DNA of 64,000 nucleotides from an uncultured Gemmatimonadales bacterium (GCA_963844035.1 CAWJMT010000027.1:43215-107214); one strand, 5' to 3'; positions 12,093 to 24,724 are shown, counted from the stretch's first letter. Notes: a model not told the origin generated them from the sequence alone. Numbers and translations are program-made.

Positions 12093-12979
12093 ATCCGTTC
12101 TGTGCTTCCGCGCCGCCGACGATCTCGGCGATCTCCTGCGTGATCTGCGCCTGACGGGCCCGGTTGTAGGTCCGCTTCAGAGATGTCGAGAATGTCGCCC
12201 GCATTGTCGGTCGCATTCTTCATCGCCGTGCGGCGCGCGCCGTGCTCGGCCGCCGCCGTTTCCACCAGCGCGCGGAAGATCTGGTTCCGCACGTACAGCG
12301 GCAGCAGGCGCTCGAGAATCGCCTCAGCCGACGGCTTGAGGATGTAGAACGGCATTTTCTGCGCGCCCTTCCGCGCTCCCGCCTTCGGCGGGGCGTCACC
12401 GGCAGGATCCGCACCACCGTCGCCGGCGTGGACATCGCGCTGTTGAATTTCGCGAACACCACGTCGACCGCGTCCAGCTTCCCTTTCTCAAACTGCTCGC
12501 ATCAGCGGGCCGACCAGCTCCACCGCATGCTCGGCCGTCGGCCGGTCCCCGATGTCGGTGCGCTGCACCGCCGCCGTCCGCCCCGCGAACCGGAAATAGG
12601 CGATCCCCTTCTTCCCCACGAGGTGCAACTCGACGGTCGCGCCGTCAGCCTCGAGCTGCTCCACGCCGCTGGCGCCCCTCGCGAATCAGGTTCGCGTTGA
12701 ACGCACCCGCCAGGCCGCGGTTCGACGTGATGACCACGAGCGCCACCCGCTTCACGCCGCCCGGGCCGGGCTGCCGCAGCAGCGGGAACCGCTCCGCGAG
12801 CTCCGGCGAATAGAGATCGGCGATCACGTCGGCCAGCGCCGCCGCGTACGGCCGCGCGCCCACCACCCGCTCCTGCGCGCGCTTCAGCCGCGACGTGGCG
12901 ACCATCTCCATCGTCTTGGTGATCTGGCGGATGCTGCGAACCGACTTGATCCGCTGGCGCAGGCCGCGCGTCTCCGCCA

Positions 12980-12980
<1 letters not shown>
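12091..12980 (-). CDS. atpG: F1 ATP synthase gamma subunit (several frameshifts)
   Basis: ITKTMEMVA, SNRGLAGAFN, EHGARRTAMKNATDNA and QITQEIAEIVGGA lie in different frames. Confidence 0.93.
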
Positions 12981-14520
<1,540 letters not shown>

Positions 14521-14582
14521 GGATTTGGGGTTCGAGAGATTGTGAAAAATATCACATGCCCGGCATACCGCAACTACGAACG

Positions 14583-14646
14583 GCTAGACGGTTAGGCGGT
14601 TAGCCGGTTAGGGGGCTCGACGGCATCTAACCGCCTAACCGCCTAG
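14583..14646. repeat. Inverted octamer arrays (CGGTTAGN)n ... (CTAACCGC)n
   Basis: gctagacg gttaggcg gttagccg gttag / ctaaccgc ctaaccgc ctag. Confidence 0.8.
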
Positions 14647-15395
14647 CTCCTAGAACGCGTCTTTCCTCTTATGAACCGCTGCAACACGCCCCGGGGCCCC
14701 AGCTCGCGCAACTCCTGCGGGCTCACCCCGGCCACCCGGCGGGCCGTCCCGGCCAGGTGGCTGGGGGACGCATACCCAGAATGCGGGACACCGTCGCGAC
14801 GTTGTAGCCTGGTTGCCGAGCAGGTCGGCCGCGCAGGCGGAGCGCGCCAGGTCGATCACGCGCTTCAGGTTGGGCGCGCCCCCCGACCGCGAATTCCCGC
14901 GACAGATGCTCACGCGTAACGCGTAACGCCTGCGCGATGTGGGCCGTCGTGATCGGCGCGCGTCACGCGACGCTGGACCTCGTCCCACGCGCCGAGCTGC
15001 AGCGGGTCGGTCAGGCGCAGCAGCTTGGGGGCGTCGGCGAGCGCCTGGCGCCGCGCCACCTGCGCCGTCCGCGCCGCGACCCACTCGCCCGACGAGGGCG
15101 TGTCCACCCCCTCGACCAGGATGCCGGCGAACCCCGCCCGATGGCACCGGGCGATGAGCGCTCCGTCGTCCGGCCGGAACGCCGACAGGGCGTACATGGG
15201 GATGCGCGGGAACCGGGCGGGCAGGCTCAGCCCCGCGTCCGGCACCGCCTTCACGTCGAGCACGACCGCATCCACCACGCGATGGGCCAGCAGGCGCTCC
15301 ACGGCGGCGAGGGTGCGGCACAGGCGGACGCTCCCGGCGCCGCGCGGGTAGCCCCGCTGCACTGCCCGCCGCGTCTCGCGGCGCGGATGAAACAC
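14643..15395 (-). CDS. AraC-type HTH regulator with receiver-like N-terminus (frameshifted)
   Basis: VVDAVVLD N-terminus; read across frames TREHLSREF...PNLKRVIDLAR...ILG-ASPSHL resembles an AraC HTH. Confidence 0.6.
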
Positions 15396-15406
15396 CGGAA
15401 TGACGG

Positions 15407-15865
15407 TCAGCCGGCCTCGTCCGGCGCCAGTGCGTGCACCATGTCCGCTGCGCGCTCCAGCACGCTGCGCGCGTTGTCGTACGAGATCGTATCGACGGAC
15501 CCCGCGAGCGAATGCCAGCTACAGTCGGTGATCCCCTCCTCGGCCTGGGGCACCGGCTCGCCGTGCTTCGATTCGAACAGGAAGAAATGGCAGTACTTGT
15601 GAATCGTCTTGCCGCGAAACCGAAAATACCAGTCGATCACCTGGATCGGCCCGTGCAGGGTCAGGTCCCCGAGGCCGGTCTCCTCGACCACCTCGCGGCG
15701 CGCGGCATCGGCGGGCGGCTCCCCCGGCTCGAGGTGCCCCTTGGGGAGCCCCCAGTTCCGGTAGGAATCGCGAATCAGCAGAAACCGCACGTCGTCCCCC
15801 TCGCGCCGGAACACGACTCCCCCGGCGCTCGTCTCCCGCTCAGCCCGTCGCTGCCGCTGTGCCAT
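15407..15865 (-). CDS. NUDIX hydrolase
   Basis: SAGGVV and Nudix box GHLEPGEPPADAARREVVEETG. Confidence 0.92.
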   Translation of the reverse strand: MAQRQRRAERETSAGGVVFRREGDDVRFLLIRDSYRNWGLPKGHLEPGEPPADAARREVVEETGLGDLTLHGPIQVIDWYFRFRGKTIHKYCHFFLFESKHGEPVPQAEEGITDCSWHSLAGSVDTISYDNARSVLERAADMVHALAPDEAG

Positions 15866-15867
15866 GC

Positions 15868-16875
15868 CTAGAACACGCTGAAGCTGAAGTACTTGCGCGG
15901 ATTGGCCTGAATGTCCGACAGCAGCTGCCGCAGCTGGATCATCGTCAACGCCGTCTCGCGGTACAGCGTCGAATCGGATACCAGCAGCCCCAGCGTTCCG
16001 GTGCGGTTCACGATGCGCGACATCACGGTGTCGGCCGACGTGAGCACCCGCACCAGACTCTCCTGATTCTTGTGGGCCGCTTCCATGAATTCCCGCAGGT
16101 TCTGCGAGGCGCTGCGGAGGTCCTGGCTTGACGCCGCGGAGTTGTTGAGAATCGTCGCGAGCTGGCCCTGGTTGGTGGCCGAGTCGACTCGCCCGAGCGT
16201 GTTGGACAGATCGGTCGCAGCGCGCGCCAGCAGGTTGGACCCCTGGCGCAGGTTGGACCCCACCGACCCGAGCATTTCCGCCTGTTCGTTGGTGACGCGG
16301 AGCAGGCGGTCGGAGACCTGCCCGAAGTCGCTGATCGCGCCCCGCAGATCCATCACTGCCTGGGAGTCGAACGCCGTCTGCACGCGATTGGCGACGGCGG
16401 CGATGTCGGTCGCGATGCGGCTCGCCTGCGCCGTCAGCTGCCCGATGTCGGGGAGCGTCGCGCCCGGCCACTTGCTCCCCGCGCCTGCGGACGCTTCCGC
16501 GATCGCCTGGCGCACGTTCGGGTCGTCGGGCAGCTGCTCCAGGGGGATCAGGGTCGCGGCCCACTCGCCGAACAGCGACGCGGAGGCGGCGATGACGACC
16601 GGTTTGGCGGGCAGCGTGACGCCGCTGTAGATCTTCATGTCCGCCTCGACCCAGTCACCCGCGGTCAGCCGGATCGCCTCCACGCGCCCCACCCGCACGC
16701 CCCGCAGCACCACCGGCGCCCCGGCGCCGAGCCCACCCATCGTGCGAAACCGGGCCGTGTAGACGGCCTCAGTCTTGCCGATGTGGGCCCCGGAGAGCCA
16801 CAGGGCGCCCGCCACGATGACCGCGAACGCGACGATCACCACCACGCCGACTGTGAACTCGTTTTCGCGTTTCAT
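15868..16875 (-). CDS. mlaD: MCE/MlaD family protein
   Basis: N-terminal TM, GLGAGAPVVLRGVRVGRV, C-terminal NPRKY. Confidence 0.88.
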   Translation of the reverse strand: MKRENEFTVGVVVIVAFAVIVAGALWLSGAHIGKTEAVYTARFRTMGGLGAGAPVVLRGVRVGRVEAIRLTAGDWVEADMKIYSGVTLPAKPVVIAASASLFGEWAATLIPLEQLPDDPNVRQAIAEASAGAGSKWPGATLPDIGQLTAQASRIATDIAAVANRVQTAFDSQAVMDLRGAISDFGQVSDRLLRVTNEQAEMLGSVGSNLRQGSNLLARAATDLSNTLGRVDSATNQGQLATILNNSAASSQDLRSASQNLREFMEAAHKNQESLVRVLTSADTVMSRIVNRTGTLGLLVSDSTLYRETALTMIQLRQLLSDIQANPRKYFSFSVF

Positions 16876-17600
16876 GGCGCACGTCCCTCGATGAACTGCC
16901 GGACGACCGGGTCTCGCGTCGCCTGCACTTCTGCTACGGTGCCGACCTGCCGGATCCGGCCCTCGTACAGCATGGCGATCCGGTCCCCGACCGTGTAGGC
17001 GCTGCGCATGTCGTGGGTCACCACCACGCCGGTGACGCCAAGGCGCTCGCGGGTCCGCACGATCAACCGGTCGATCACGGCCGACGTCACCGGGTCCAAT
17101 CCGGTCGTGGGCTCGTCATACAGGATATAGCGCGGCCGTATGGCGATGGCGCGCGCGATCCCGACCCGTTTTCGCATCCCCCCGGACAGCTCGGCGGGAT
17201 ACTGCTCACCCGCCCCCGTGAGGTCAACCATGGCCAGCGCCTCCTCCACCCGCTCGTCGATCTCCTCGTCGGTCAGACGCCGCTGGCGCAGCCCCAGGGC
17301 CACGTTGTCGGCCACCGTCATCGAATCGAACAGCGCGGCGAACTGGAACACATAGCCGATGTCGCGGCGCAGCGTCGTTCAAGGCGGCCCGCTCGAGGGT
17401 CGACACCGACACGACCGTCTACCGACAACATCTCCCTCGTCGGGCTCGAGCAGGCCCACGATATGCTTCAGCGCAACGCTCTTCCCGGTCCCGGAGTAAC
17501 CGATGATCACCATCGTCTCGCCGTCCTGCACCTCGAGCGAGAGGCCCGCGAGCACCGGCTTGCCGCCGAACGCCTTGGAGAGGCCGCGAAATTCGATCAC
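16872..17600 (-). CDS. mlaF: Mla/Mce ABC transporter ATP-binding protein (frameshifted)
   Basis: GYSGTGKS, LSGGMRKRV, YDEPTTGLDP. Confidence 0.9.
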
Positions 17601-18363
17601 CGCAGCAGCGTGGCCGCCCAGAAGGCGTCGAGCGTCAGAATCAGGACCGCCGAGTACACCTGGGCGCGGGTGCTGCTGCGGCCCACGCCCTCGGCGCCAC
17701 CGCGCGTCGACAGCCCCATCACGCAGCCGACCATGGTGATCGCGAACCCGAAGGTCGCACTCTTGAGCAGGCCGAACCAGGTGTCTTTGAACACGTAGAA
17801 CAGCTTCAGCCCCTTCACGAACTCGGGCGTGGAGAGGTGGAGGAACGCCAGGCTCGTCATCCATCCCGTGATAATGCCGATCCACGATGGCGAGTGCAAC
17901 CACGAGCGGAAACATCGCCGTCCCGGCGAGCACGCGCGGCACAACCAGAAAGCTCTGCGGGTCGTATGCCAGGGTCTCGAGTGCGTCCACTTGCTCGGTG
18001 ACCTTCATCGTCCCGAGTTCGGCGGCCATGCTCGCTCCCACGCGCCCGGCGAGCGCCAAGCCCACCAGCATCGGGCCCAGCTCGAGCATCATGCTCTTGC
18101 CGACGAGCGTCCCAACGAGATACAGCGGGAACGGTACCGTTGAAGGTGTAGGAGGCCTGCAGCGCGAGGATGACGCCGGTGAACGCGGCGATGAACAGCG
18201 CGACCGGAAGCGAGTCCACGCCGATGCGGCGCATCTGCACGAAGAGCAGACGACCCCACGTGGCGACATCCGGCACGGCGCGCGCCATGTCGGCCATGAA
18301 ATGACCCCAGCGACCGGCATCCTCGACGAGGTTGACGGCCTTGCGGCCGATACGCTCGATCAC
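17597..18363 (-). CDS. mlaE: MlaE family ABC permease (frameshifted)
   Basis: ELGPMLVGLALAGRVGASMAAELGTMKVTEQVDALE, GGAEGVG. Confidence 0.9.
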
Positions 18364-18493
18364 GGGGGTTAAGCTAACGTCGCTAAGTACGCTAAGACGT
18401 AGCGACGCTATGTCGCAAGAAAAAGACGAGGTGGCCGGGACCTGCACCGACCATCCTGGCAACCTGCAACTTACCGTCGTAGCGCTTAGCGTC

Positions 18494-19480
18494 TTACGCT
18501 GCAAAACTCGCCAGCGCCTTCCCCACATCGCCATCCCGCAGGCGCTTGAGCGCGCGATCCCGCAGCTGCCGCACGCGCTCACGCGTTACGCCGAGCATGC
18601 CGCCGATTTCCTCGAGCGTGTGCTCGCGGCCGCCGTCCAGGCCGAAGTAGAGGCGCAACACCTTGGCATCGCGCCGCTGCAGCGTGTTCAGCGCCGACTC
18701 GACCTCGTCGGACAGGAACCGGTCCATCGCCTGGTCTTCCGTATCCGGGAGGTCCTCGGCGATGAAGCGCTCGATCAGCGACCGGTCGCCGTCCGGATCG
18801 AGCGGGGCGTCCAGCCGCACGTCGCCCGTGTTGAGGGCCGCGAGCGACTGCACCACCTCGAGCGACAACTTGGTGGCATCGGCGATCTCTTCCGGCGTGG
18901 GCTCGCGCCGCATCGTCTGCCGCAGGTACTCGGCCGTCCGCACGATGCGCGACAGGTCGGCGGTGCGGTTGAGGGGTACGCGCACCGTTCGGCCCTGACG
19001 CGCCAGCGCCGCCAGGATCGCCTGACGGATCCACCACACAGCGTAGGAGATGAACTTCACGCCCTGATCGGGATCGAACTTCCGCGCCGCCGTGAGCAGT
19101 CCCACGTTCCCCTCGCCGATCAGATCGGTGAGCGGGAGGCCGCGGTTCTGGTATTTCTTGGCGACCGAAATGACGAAGCGCAGGTTGCGCTTCACCAGCT
19201 CCTGCATCGCCTCCTGATCGCCGGCGCGCACCTTCCGCGCGAGCGCGATCTCCTCCTTCTGCGTGAGCAGAGGGGTCTTGGAGACTTCGTGCAGGTACTG
19301 GTCGAGAATGTCGCGCTCGTGTTCGTGGTGGCCCAGACCGGACATCAGGCCGCGCCGGCGACCGCGCTTTCTGCCAGGCTTGGGCTTAGCCGCGGGCGCC
19401 GCCGGTGGTACGACGGTCGCCGCTCGGGGCTTCGCCCGGGAGGCAGGGGCAGTCTTGGTGCGGCGGGTGGCCTTGGGCAT
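18494..19480 (-). CDS. RNA polymerase sigma-70 family factor (RpoD/RpoS-like, lacking region 1.1)
   Basis: NLRFVISVAKKY, DLIGEGNVGL, FISYAVWWIRQAI, TLEEIG...TRERVRQ. Confidence 0.95.
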   Translation of the reverse strand: MPKATRRTKTAPASRAKPRAATVVPPAAPAAKPKPGRKRGRRRGLMSGLGHHEHERDILDQYLHEVSKTPLLTQKEEIALARKVRAGDQEAMQELVKRNLRFVISVAKKYQNRGLPLTDLIGEGNVGLLTAARKFDPDQGVKFISYAVWWIRQAILAALARQGRTVRVPLNRTADLSRIVRTAEYLRQTMRREPTPEEIADATKLSLEVVQSLAALNTGDVRLDAPLDPDGDRSLIERFIAEDLPDTEDQAMDRFLSDEVESALNTLQRRDAKVLRLYFGLDGGREHTLEEIGGMLGVTRERVRQLRDRALKRLRDGDVGKALASFAA

Positions 19481-19562
19481 GTCCCTCTTATCTGGTCTGG
19501 CGTGAGAATTCCCCCCTGATACCACCGACGGGGGTAAAAGTTCATCGCGAGCGGAAAATCGC

Positions 19563-19591
19563 TTGACACTGCTACAACGCCCCGATATGAT
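19563..19591 (+). promoter_or_regulatory. Sigma-70 promoter of the tRNA cluster
   Basis: TTGACA-17 bp-TATGAT. Confidence 0.8.
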
Positions 19592-19637
19592 GCCGTGTTC
19601 CAGTCGGATAGGCATCCGAGGGGGCGGCTAATATAAC

Positions 19638-19710
19638 GGGGGCGTAGCTCAGTTGGGAGAGCGCGTGAATGGCATTCACGAGGTCAGGGGTTCGATCCCC
19701 CTCGCCTCCA
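19638..19710 (+). tRNA. tRNA-Ala(GGC)
   Basis: Cloverleaf, G3:U70 pair, anticodon GGC. Confidence 0.96.
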
Positions 19711-19799
19711 TTGGGGGGCGGGCCGGGTGAAGTCGCAAAATGGGCCGGGCCGGGCTGTGGTAGATAGAACCCCACGGAGCCGTTACATTTGCGACGCAC

Positions 19800-19872
19800 G
19801 CGGGAATAGCTCAGTTGGTAGAGCACAACCTTGCCAAGGTTGGGGTCGCGGGTTCGAGTCCCGTTTCCCGCT
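19800..19872 (+). tRNA. tRNA-Gly(GCC)
   Basis: Cloverleaf, anticodon loop TTGCCAA, U73. Confidence 0.97.
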
Positions 19873-19877
19873 CTGAG

Positions 19878-19988
19878 AGGCGGTTAGACGGGTGGTAGGC
19901 TGACGGTTAGGCGGTTAGACGGTTAGGAACGACGGGCGAAGGCGTGGGTCTCTCTAACCGCCTAACCGTCCAATCCCTAACCGACTAA
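19878..19988. repeat. Inverted octamer arrays (CGGTTAGN)n/(CTAACCGN)n in a tRNA spacer
   Basis: Same octamer as at 3188 and 14583. Confidence 0.75.
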
Positions 19989-19995
19989 TAGGCGA

Positions 19996-20069
19996 CGCGG
20001 GGTGGAGCAGTCTGGTAGCTCGCCGGGCTCATAACCCGGAGGTCGTGGGTTCAAATCCCACCCCCGCTA
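19996..20069 (+). tRNA. Initiator tRNA-fMet(CAT)
   Basis: C1:U72 mismatch, GGG/CCC anticodon stem, loop CTCATAA. Confidence 0.96.
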
Positions 20070-20135
20070 TTGAGGCGGAGGGATGCAGGCGGAATGCCGA
20101 CGGAGCTATTCCGCATCGCGATTCCGCCTTCTCTC

Positions 20136-20209
<74 letters not shown>

Positions 20210-20441
20210 CCTATCCGAGAGAGGGTTGAGACGGACAGGGTACAGGTCGCGGGACCGGCAACAGCTAGACGCACAGACGGGTAGCGGGTTAACAGGGTGC
20301 AGGAGCGAGGAAGGCCCAGCGTCGCTTTTCCCAGTCCCGTGACACTACAACCATCTGTCCGTCTACACGTCTAGTCTTTGCTCTTCCTGTCCACGGCGAC
20401 TGCGAACCTGTAGACTGATTCCCAGTTAGTGTTCGAGGCGG

Positions 20442-20515
20442 GCGCCCATAGCTCAACTGGATAGAGCGTTTGGCTACGGACCAAAAGGCTGGGGGTTCGA
20501 CTCCCTCTGGGCGCA
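20442..20515 (+). tRNA. tRNA-Arg(ACG)
   Basis: Cloverleaf, loop CTACGGA. Confidence 0.95.
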
Positions 20516-20723
20516 CTAAATGCCTGCACGGAAGAAGGACGAAGGTGGTCGGTGGTGGGGAGTAGGAAAGGCAAAGCTAGACGTATAGACGTCTAGGGGT
20601 GAACAGTGTGAAGTGAATGGGAAGGCTTCCCACTCACTCGCGACTATTCACCGCTGTCCGTCTGTACGTCTAGGATGGCAGGTCCTGGTTTACTGTTCAC
20701 CGTAAACTGTTCGTAGGTTTTTC

Positions 20724-20800
<77 letters not shown>

Positions 20801-20807
20801 GAGTAAC

Positions 20808-20844
20808 AATGCTCGATAGCCAGTCAGGCTGTCGAGCATTTTTT
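20808..20844 (+). terminator. Intrinsic terminator of the tRNA operon
   Basis: AATGCTCGATAGCC...GGCTGTCGAGCATT followed by TTTT. Confidence 0.85.
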
Positions 20845-20876
20845 CGTCGATACACCTCCTTGTACCTATGGCGCGC

Positions 20877-21238
20877 TCATAGGTCTTCAGCACAGTGATA
20901 CTTCACACACGTCGATTGTGAGTAGACGATCGCTCCGATTACCGCGGACATGCCGACCCCCATCGCGATCGTCTTACTCTTACTCACGTCTCGGATGGCT
21001 ACCTCTGACATGTCCGAGAAAGCCATGGCGTAGCGTTTTCCCGGTAGCGGCCCACTAGGCTGTCGTCTCTGGTGATTGGCTCCTTGATCACGATGTAATA
21101 CCCACTGGGCCGAGTGATGCGAACGACGTCGGGTTCATTAAACGAGATCACGTCCTTGGGGCTGAATGTCGAGACGCGCCAGCTCGTGCAGGCTGAGAGA
21201 GAGACGAGGAACAGCAGACAAACAAGGCGTAGACGCAT
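20877..21238 (-). CDS. Small lipoprotein, paralog 3 (frameshift near 21030)
   Basis: LSAC lipobox; a second frame gives MAFSDMSEVAIRDVSKSKTIAM...TCVKYHCAEDL. Confidence 0.65.
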
Positions 21239-21292
21239 GATTCAACTCCTGTCGGTCGGGGCCGTGGGGCCGTTGCTCGGGCGAGACCTCTT

Positions 21293-21692
21293 CTAGTTGG
21301 GTCCCCCGACGTGGTGCGCTGACAGATCGTCTATAGGACAGTTCTGCTTGACATCGCAGGGCAATAGATCATAGGTGACCGCTGAGAGCGACGCGATTGC
21401 GACCGCTAGCGCGATCGTCCTGCTCTCACTGACCTTCTGGGTCGCAACCTGCGTGACGTCCGCGAACGCGAGGTTGGAGTACACTCCGTCTGTGGAAGCC
21501 CGCCAAGCTGTCACTCCCGACGACTCGCGGCTGCTTAACAACCATGAGCGAGCCGTCGGCCCGAGTCAGACGCATTGATTTCGGGTGTTCTGCGGCGATG
21601 AGTTCTTTCAGGGTGATTCCTTCCCTCACATACCAGTCCGTGCACGCGGGGAGAGAGACGAGCAGCAGCAGACAAACAAGGCGTAGAAGCAT
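21293..21692 (-). CDS. Small lipoprotein, paralog 2 (frameshift near 21490-21530)
   Basis: LPAC lipobox; the two halves align with 21728-22132. Confidence 0.7.
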
Positions 21693-21727
21693 GGTTCACC
21701 TCCTGACGTTGAGCATTCTTCTCGAGC

Positions 21728-22132
21728 CTAGTCCCTAGTTGGGTCCCCGACGTGCTGCGCTGACAGAGCGTCAGGACCGCAGTTCTGCCAAAAATCACAT
21801 GGCAATACCGCATAAGCGGCCGCCGCACTAGCAGCCGCAATCGCAGCCGTTAGCGCGATCGTCTTGCTCGAGCTGCTAATTCGGATTTCAACATGCACGA
21901 CGTCCGCGACCGCGAGGTTGGAGTACACTCCGTTGTGGAAACCCGCCACGCTGTCACTCCCGACTAATAGCGGCTGGTTGACAACCACACGCGAGCCGTC
22001 AGCCCGGGTGAGGCGCACTACGTTCGGGTGCTCCGTAACAATGAGTTCTTTCAGACTGATCCCCCTCAAATGCCAGGTCGTGCAAGCGGGGAGAGAGACG
22101 AGGAGCAGCAGACAAACAATGGGTAGACGCAT
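21728..22132 (-). CDS. Small lipoprotein, paralog 1
   Basis: AGGAGG RBS, LPAC lipobox, C-terminal hydrophobic helix and PCDFWQNC. Confidence 0.75.
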   Translation of the reverse strand: MRLPIVCLLLLVSLPACTTWHLRGISLKELIVTEHPNVVRLTRADGSRVVVNQPLLVGSDSVAGFHNGVYSNLAVADVVHVEIRISSSSKTIALTAAIAAASAAAAYAVLPCDFWQNCGPDALSAQHVGDPTRD

Positions 22133-22433
22133 GGATTACCTCCTGTTGGTCTCAGCCTAGCGCGGGGTCCCGGGGCGGTAAAGGCCGTCGCCCGGTTGCC
22201 CAACCAACCGTATGCTCGCACACCGGTTAGGCCGGTGAGTGTTTCCGGTCTTACGAACCTGCCGGCATACGCACATCTTCTAGGTGACCCGAAGGTTTCG
22301 GTGTGCAAATGCGCTCGATTCGCTTCGACAACGCCCTCCGCAGTTCCCCGCGTCCTGACCCGCAGGGCCCATCGCGTTGCCACGCGCAGTTGCAAACCAG
22401 TTGCGTCCCCACCCATGAGAACGGAGGAAACCA

Positions 22434-22841
22434 ATGACGAGATCAGGCGGCAACATCGGTCACTTCGACGCTACATCACGGCGGGTCGTTGGAACGTGCG
22501 TGGTGCTCGCTGGGGCTGGGTCGCTCGGTGGGTTCGTCTCGTCCATGGGTTTCTTGACGGGCATTCTCTTCGCGATCATGATCGCGCTCGGCTTTTTCTA
22601 TATCACGGGCGGCCTGCGCGGGGGTTCCGCGATCTTTGGCTTGGTGCTCATCGCGGTCGCGGTGGGTGACGCCTGGTTGGCCTTGCACCACGAAGGCGCC
22701 TGGGCGCTGCTCGCCGGTGTGATCCTCGGCGCGTACGGATTCGTCACCGCCGAGATGGGGTGGTGTCCGATCAACAGTCTGTTCCACAAGGACACGCACA
22801 ACGTGGACCAGGAGTGGGCAACGCCGCACCCCGCTCACTAA
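22434..22841 (+). CDS. Membrane protein, DUF2892/YgaP-like (copy 1)
   Basis: GGAGG RBS; NIGHFD..RRVVG and GWCPIN.LF.KDT motifs. Confidence 0.7.
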   Translation: MTRSGGNIGHFDATSRRVVGTCVVLAGAGSLGGFVSSMGFLTGILFAIMIALGFFYITGGLRGGSAIFGLVLIAVAVGDAWLALHHEGAWALLAGVILGAYGFVTAEMGWCPINSLFHKDTHNVDQEWATPHPAH

Positions 22842-22856
22842 AGGTCTCACGGTGAC

Positions 22857-22888
22857 GGGAGGGGGCGGCGTACGGCCGCCCCCTCCCG
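22857..22888 (+). terminator. GC-rich hairpin (putative terminator)
   Basis: GGGAGGGGGCGGC...GCCGCCCCCTCCC. Confidence 0.5.
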
Positions 22889-22992
22889 CTCATGATCGGC
22901 TAGTTCCACAAACCTTCTCCCGCGTCAGTTCGGTTCACGTATCATTCATCATGACGCGACGCCTGACCCCCCTGATACCGAGCGGTAGCTGA

Positions 22993-24724
22993 GTGCTCCT
23001 GTACCTGCTGGCATTTGCGGGCGGGATCCTGACGATCATCAGCCCCTGCATCCTGCCGGTGCTGCCCTTCGTGTTCTCCCGTGCCGATCAACCGTTCCGG
23101 CGCAGTGGCCTCCCACTCCTGGCCGGGATGGTGCTGACGTTCGCGCTCGTGGCGACCGCGGCCACCGTGGCCGGCGCGTGGGTGGTGCGCGCGAATCAGA
23201 TCGGCAGAGGACTGGCGATCGTAATGTTCACGGTCCTGGGGCTCGCGCTGCTGTTCCCGCGCGTGGCCGAATACCTGGCCCGGCCCTTCGTGCGGTTGGG
23301 CGGGCGGGTGCAGGTCAAGGAAAACGAGCTCCCCGGTGTCGGAAAGTCGCTGCTGCTCGGCGTCTCGACGGGCCTGCTCTGGGCACCCTGCGCCGGACCG
23401 ATCCTCGGGTTGATTCTCACCGGGGCGGCGATTTCAGGTGCCAGCGCCCGCACCGCCCTGTTGCTGGTCGCGTTTGCCCTTGGGGCCGGATGCTCCCTCG
23501 CACTGGCCCTGCTCGCGGGGGCGAAAGTCTTTGCCCTGATGAAACGGTCCCTGGGCACGGAAGAATGGATTCGTCGCGGCCTGGGAGTGGCGGTGCTGGT
23601 GGGCGTGGTCGCGATTGCCTCGGGGTGGGACACGGGCGTGCTGCGGCGGCTGTCCCTCGCCGGAACCTCGGGGATCGAGCAGCGCCTGGTCGATCGCGTT
23701 CAACCGGTCAAGCTCGTGTCGACAGGCGACTCGACCTTGGCACAGCGGGTGCAGGCGGCGAACGAAGGGTCGCTCCCGAGCCTCGAGGGCGCGGTCGCGT
23801 GGTTGAACTCTCCGCCGCTGACCAGTGAAGGCCTGCGAGGCAAGGTCGTTCTGATCGATTTCTGGACCTATTCGTGCATCAATTGCCTGCGGGCGATTCC
23901 CTACGTGCAAGCGTGGGCGGAGAAATACCGCGACGATGGCCTGGTGGTCATCGGCGTGCACACACCGGAGTTCGCCTTCGAGCGAGACCACGACAACGTG
24001 GCGAACGCGGTGCGCACTCTCGCCATCACCTACCCCGTCGCGATCGACAACACGTACGCGATCTGGAAGTTGTTCCACAACATGTACTGGCCGGCCCACT
24101 ACTTTGTCGACGTGAACGGCACGATTCGCTACCACCACTTCGGAGAGGGCAAGTACGACCAGTCCGAGCAGGTGATTCAACTGCTGCTCATGGAGCGGAA
24201 CGCCAGCCTCAAGGCGAGGGGTCTGGTCGACGTCCGCTCCTCGGGCGCGCAGGCCCCAGCGGCATTGGGTGACGTACGATCCCCCGAGACCTACATCGGG
24301 TTCGGACGGCAAAAGCATCTTGTCTCACCAGAGCCCGTGAAACAGAATGCCGCAGGGCTGTACACCGCCCCCGGGCAGCTCGGCCTGAACGACTGGGCCC
24401 TGGCCGGGAACTGGGAGGTCGGCCGCGAACGCGCGCTGCTCGTGACGCGCGCCGGGCAGGATCGTGTTTCGATTCCACGCCCGCGACCTGCACCTGGTGT
24501 TGGGACCCGGAAAGGACGGCCGGCCGATCCGGTTTCGGGTCCTGGTGGACGGCAAAGCGCCGCTCGCTGACCACGGCATGGACGTGGACGACCAGGGAAA
24601 TGGGACCGTGCAGGGATATCGTCTCTACCAGCTGATCCGGCAGCAGGGGAAGATCGAGGACCGGACCTTTCAGATCGAGTTCCTGGATCCCGGCGTGGAG
24701 GCCTTCGCTTTCACCTTCGGCTGA
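22993..24724 (+). CDS. dipZ: Cytochrome c biogenesis protein DipZ (DsbD TM domain plus thioredoxin; frameshift near 24450)
   Basis: SPCILPVLP, WAPCAGP, FWTYSCINC, HTPEFAFE, ends AFAFTFG. Confidence 0.93.
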
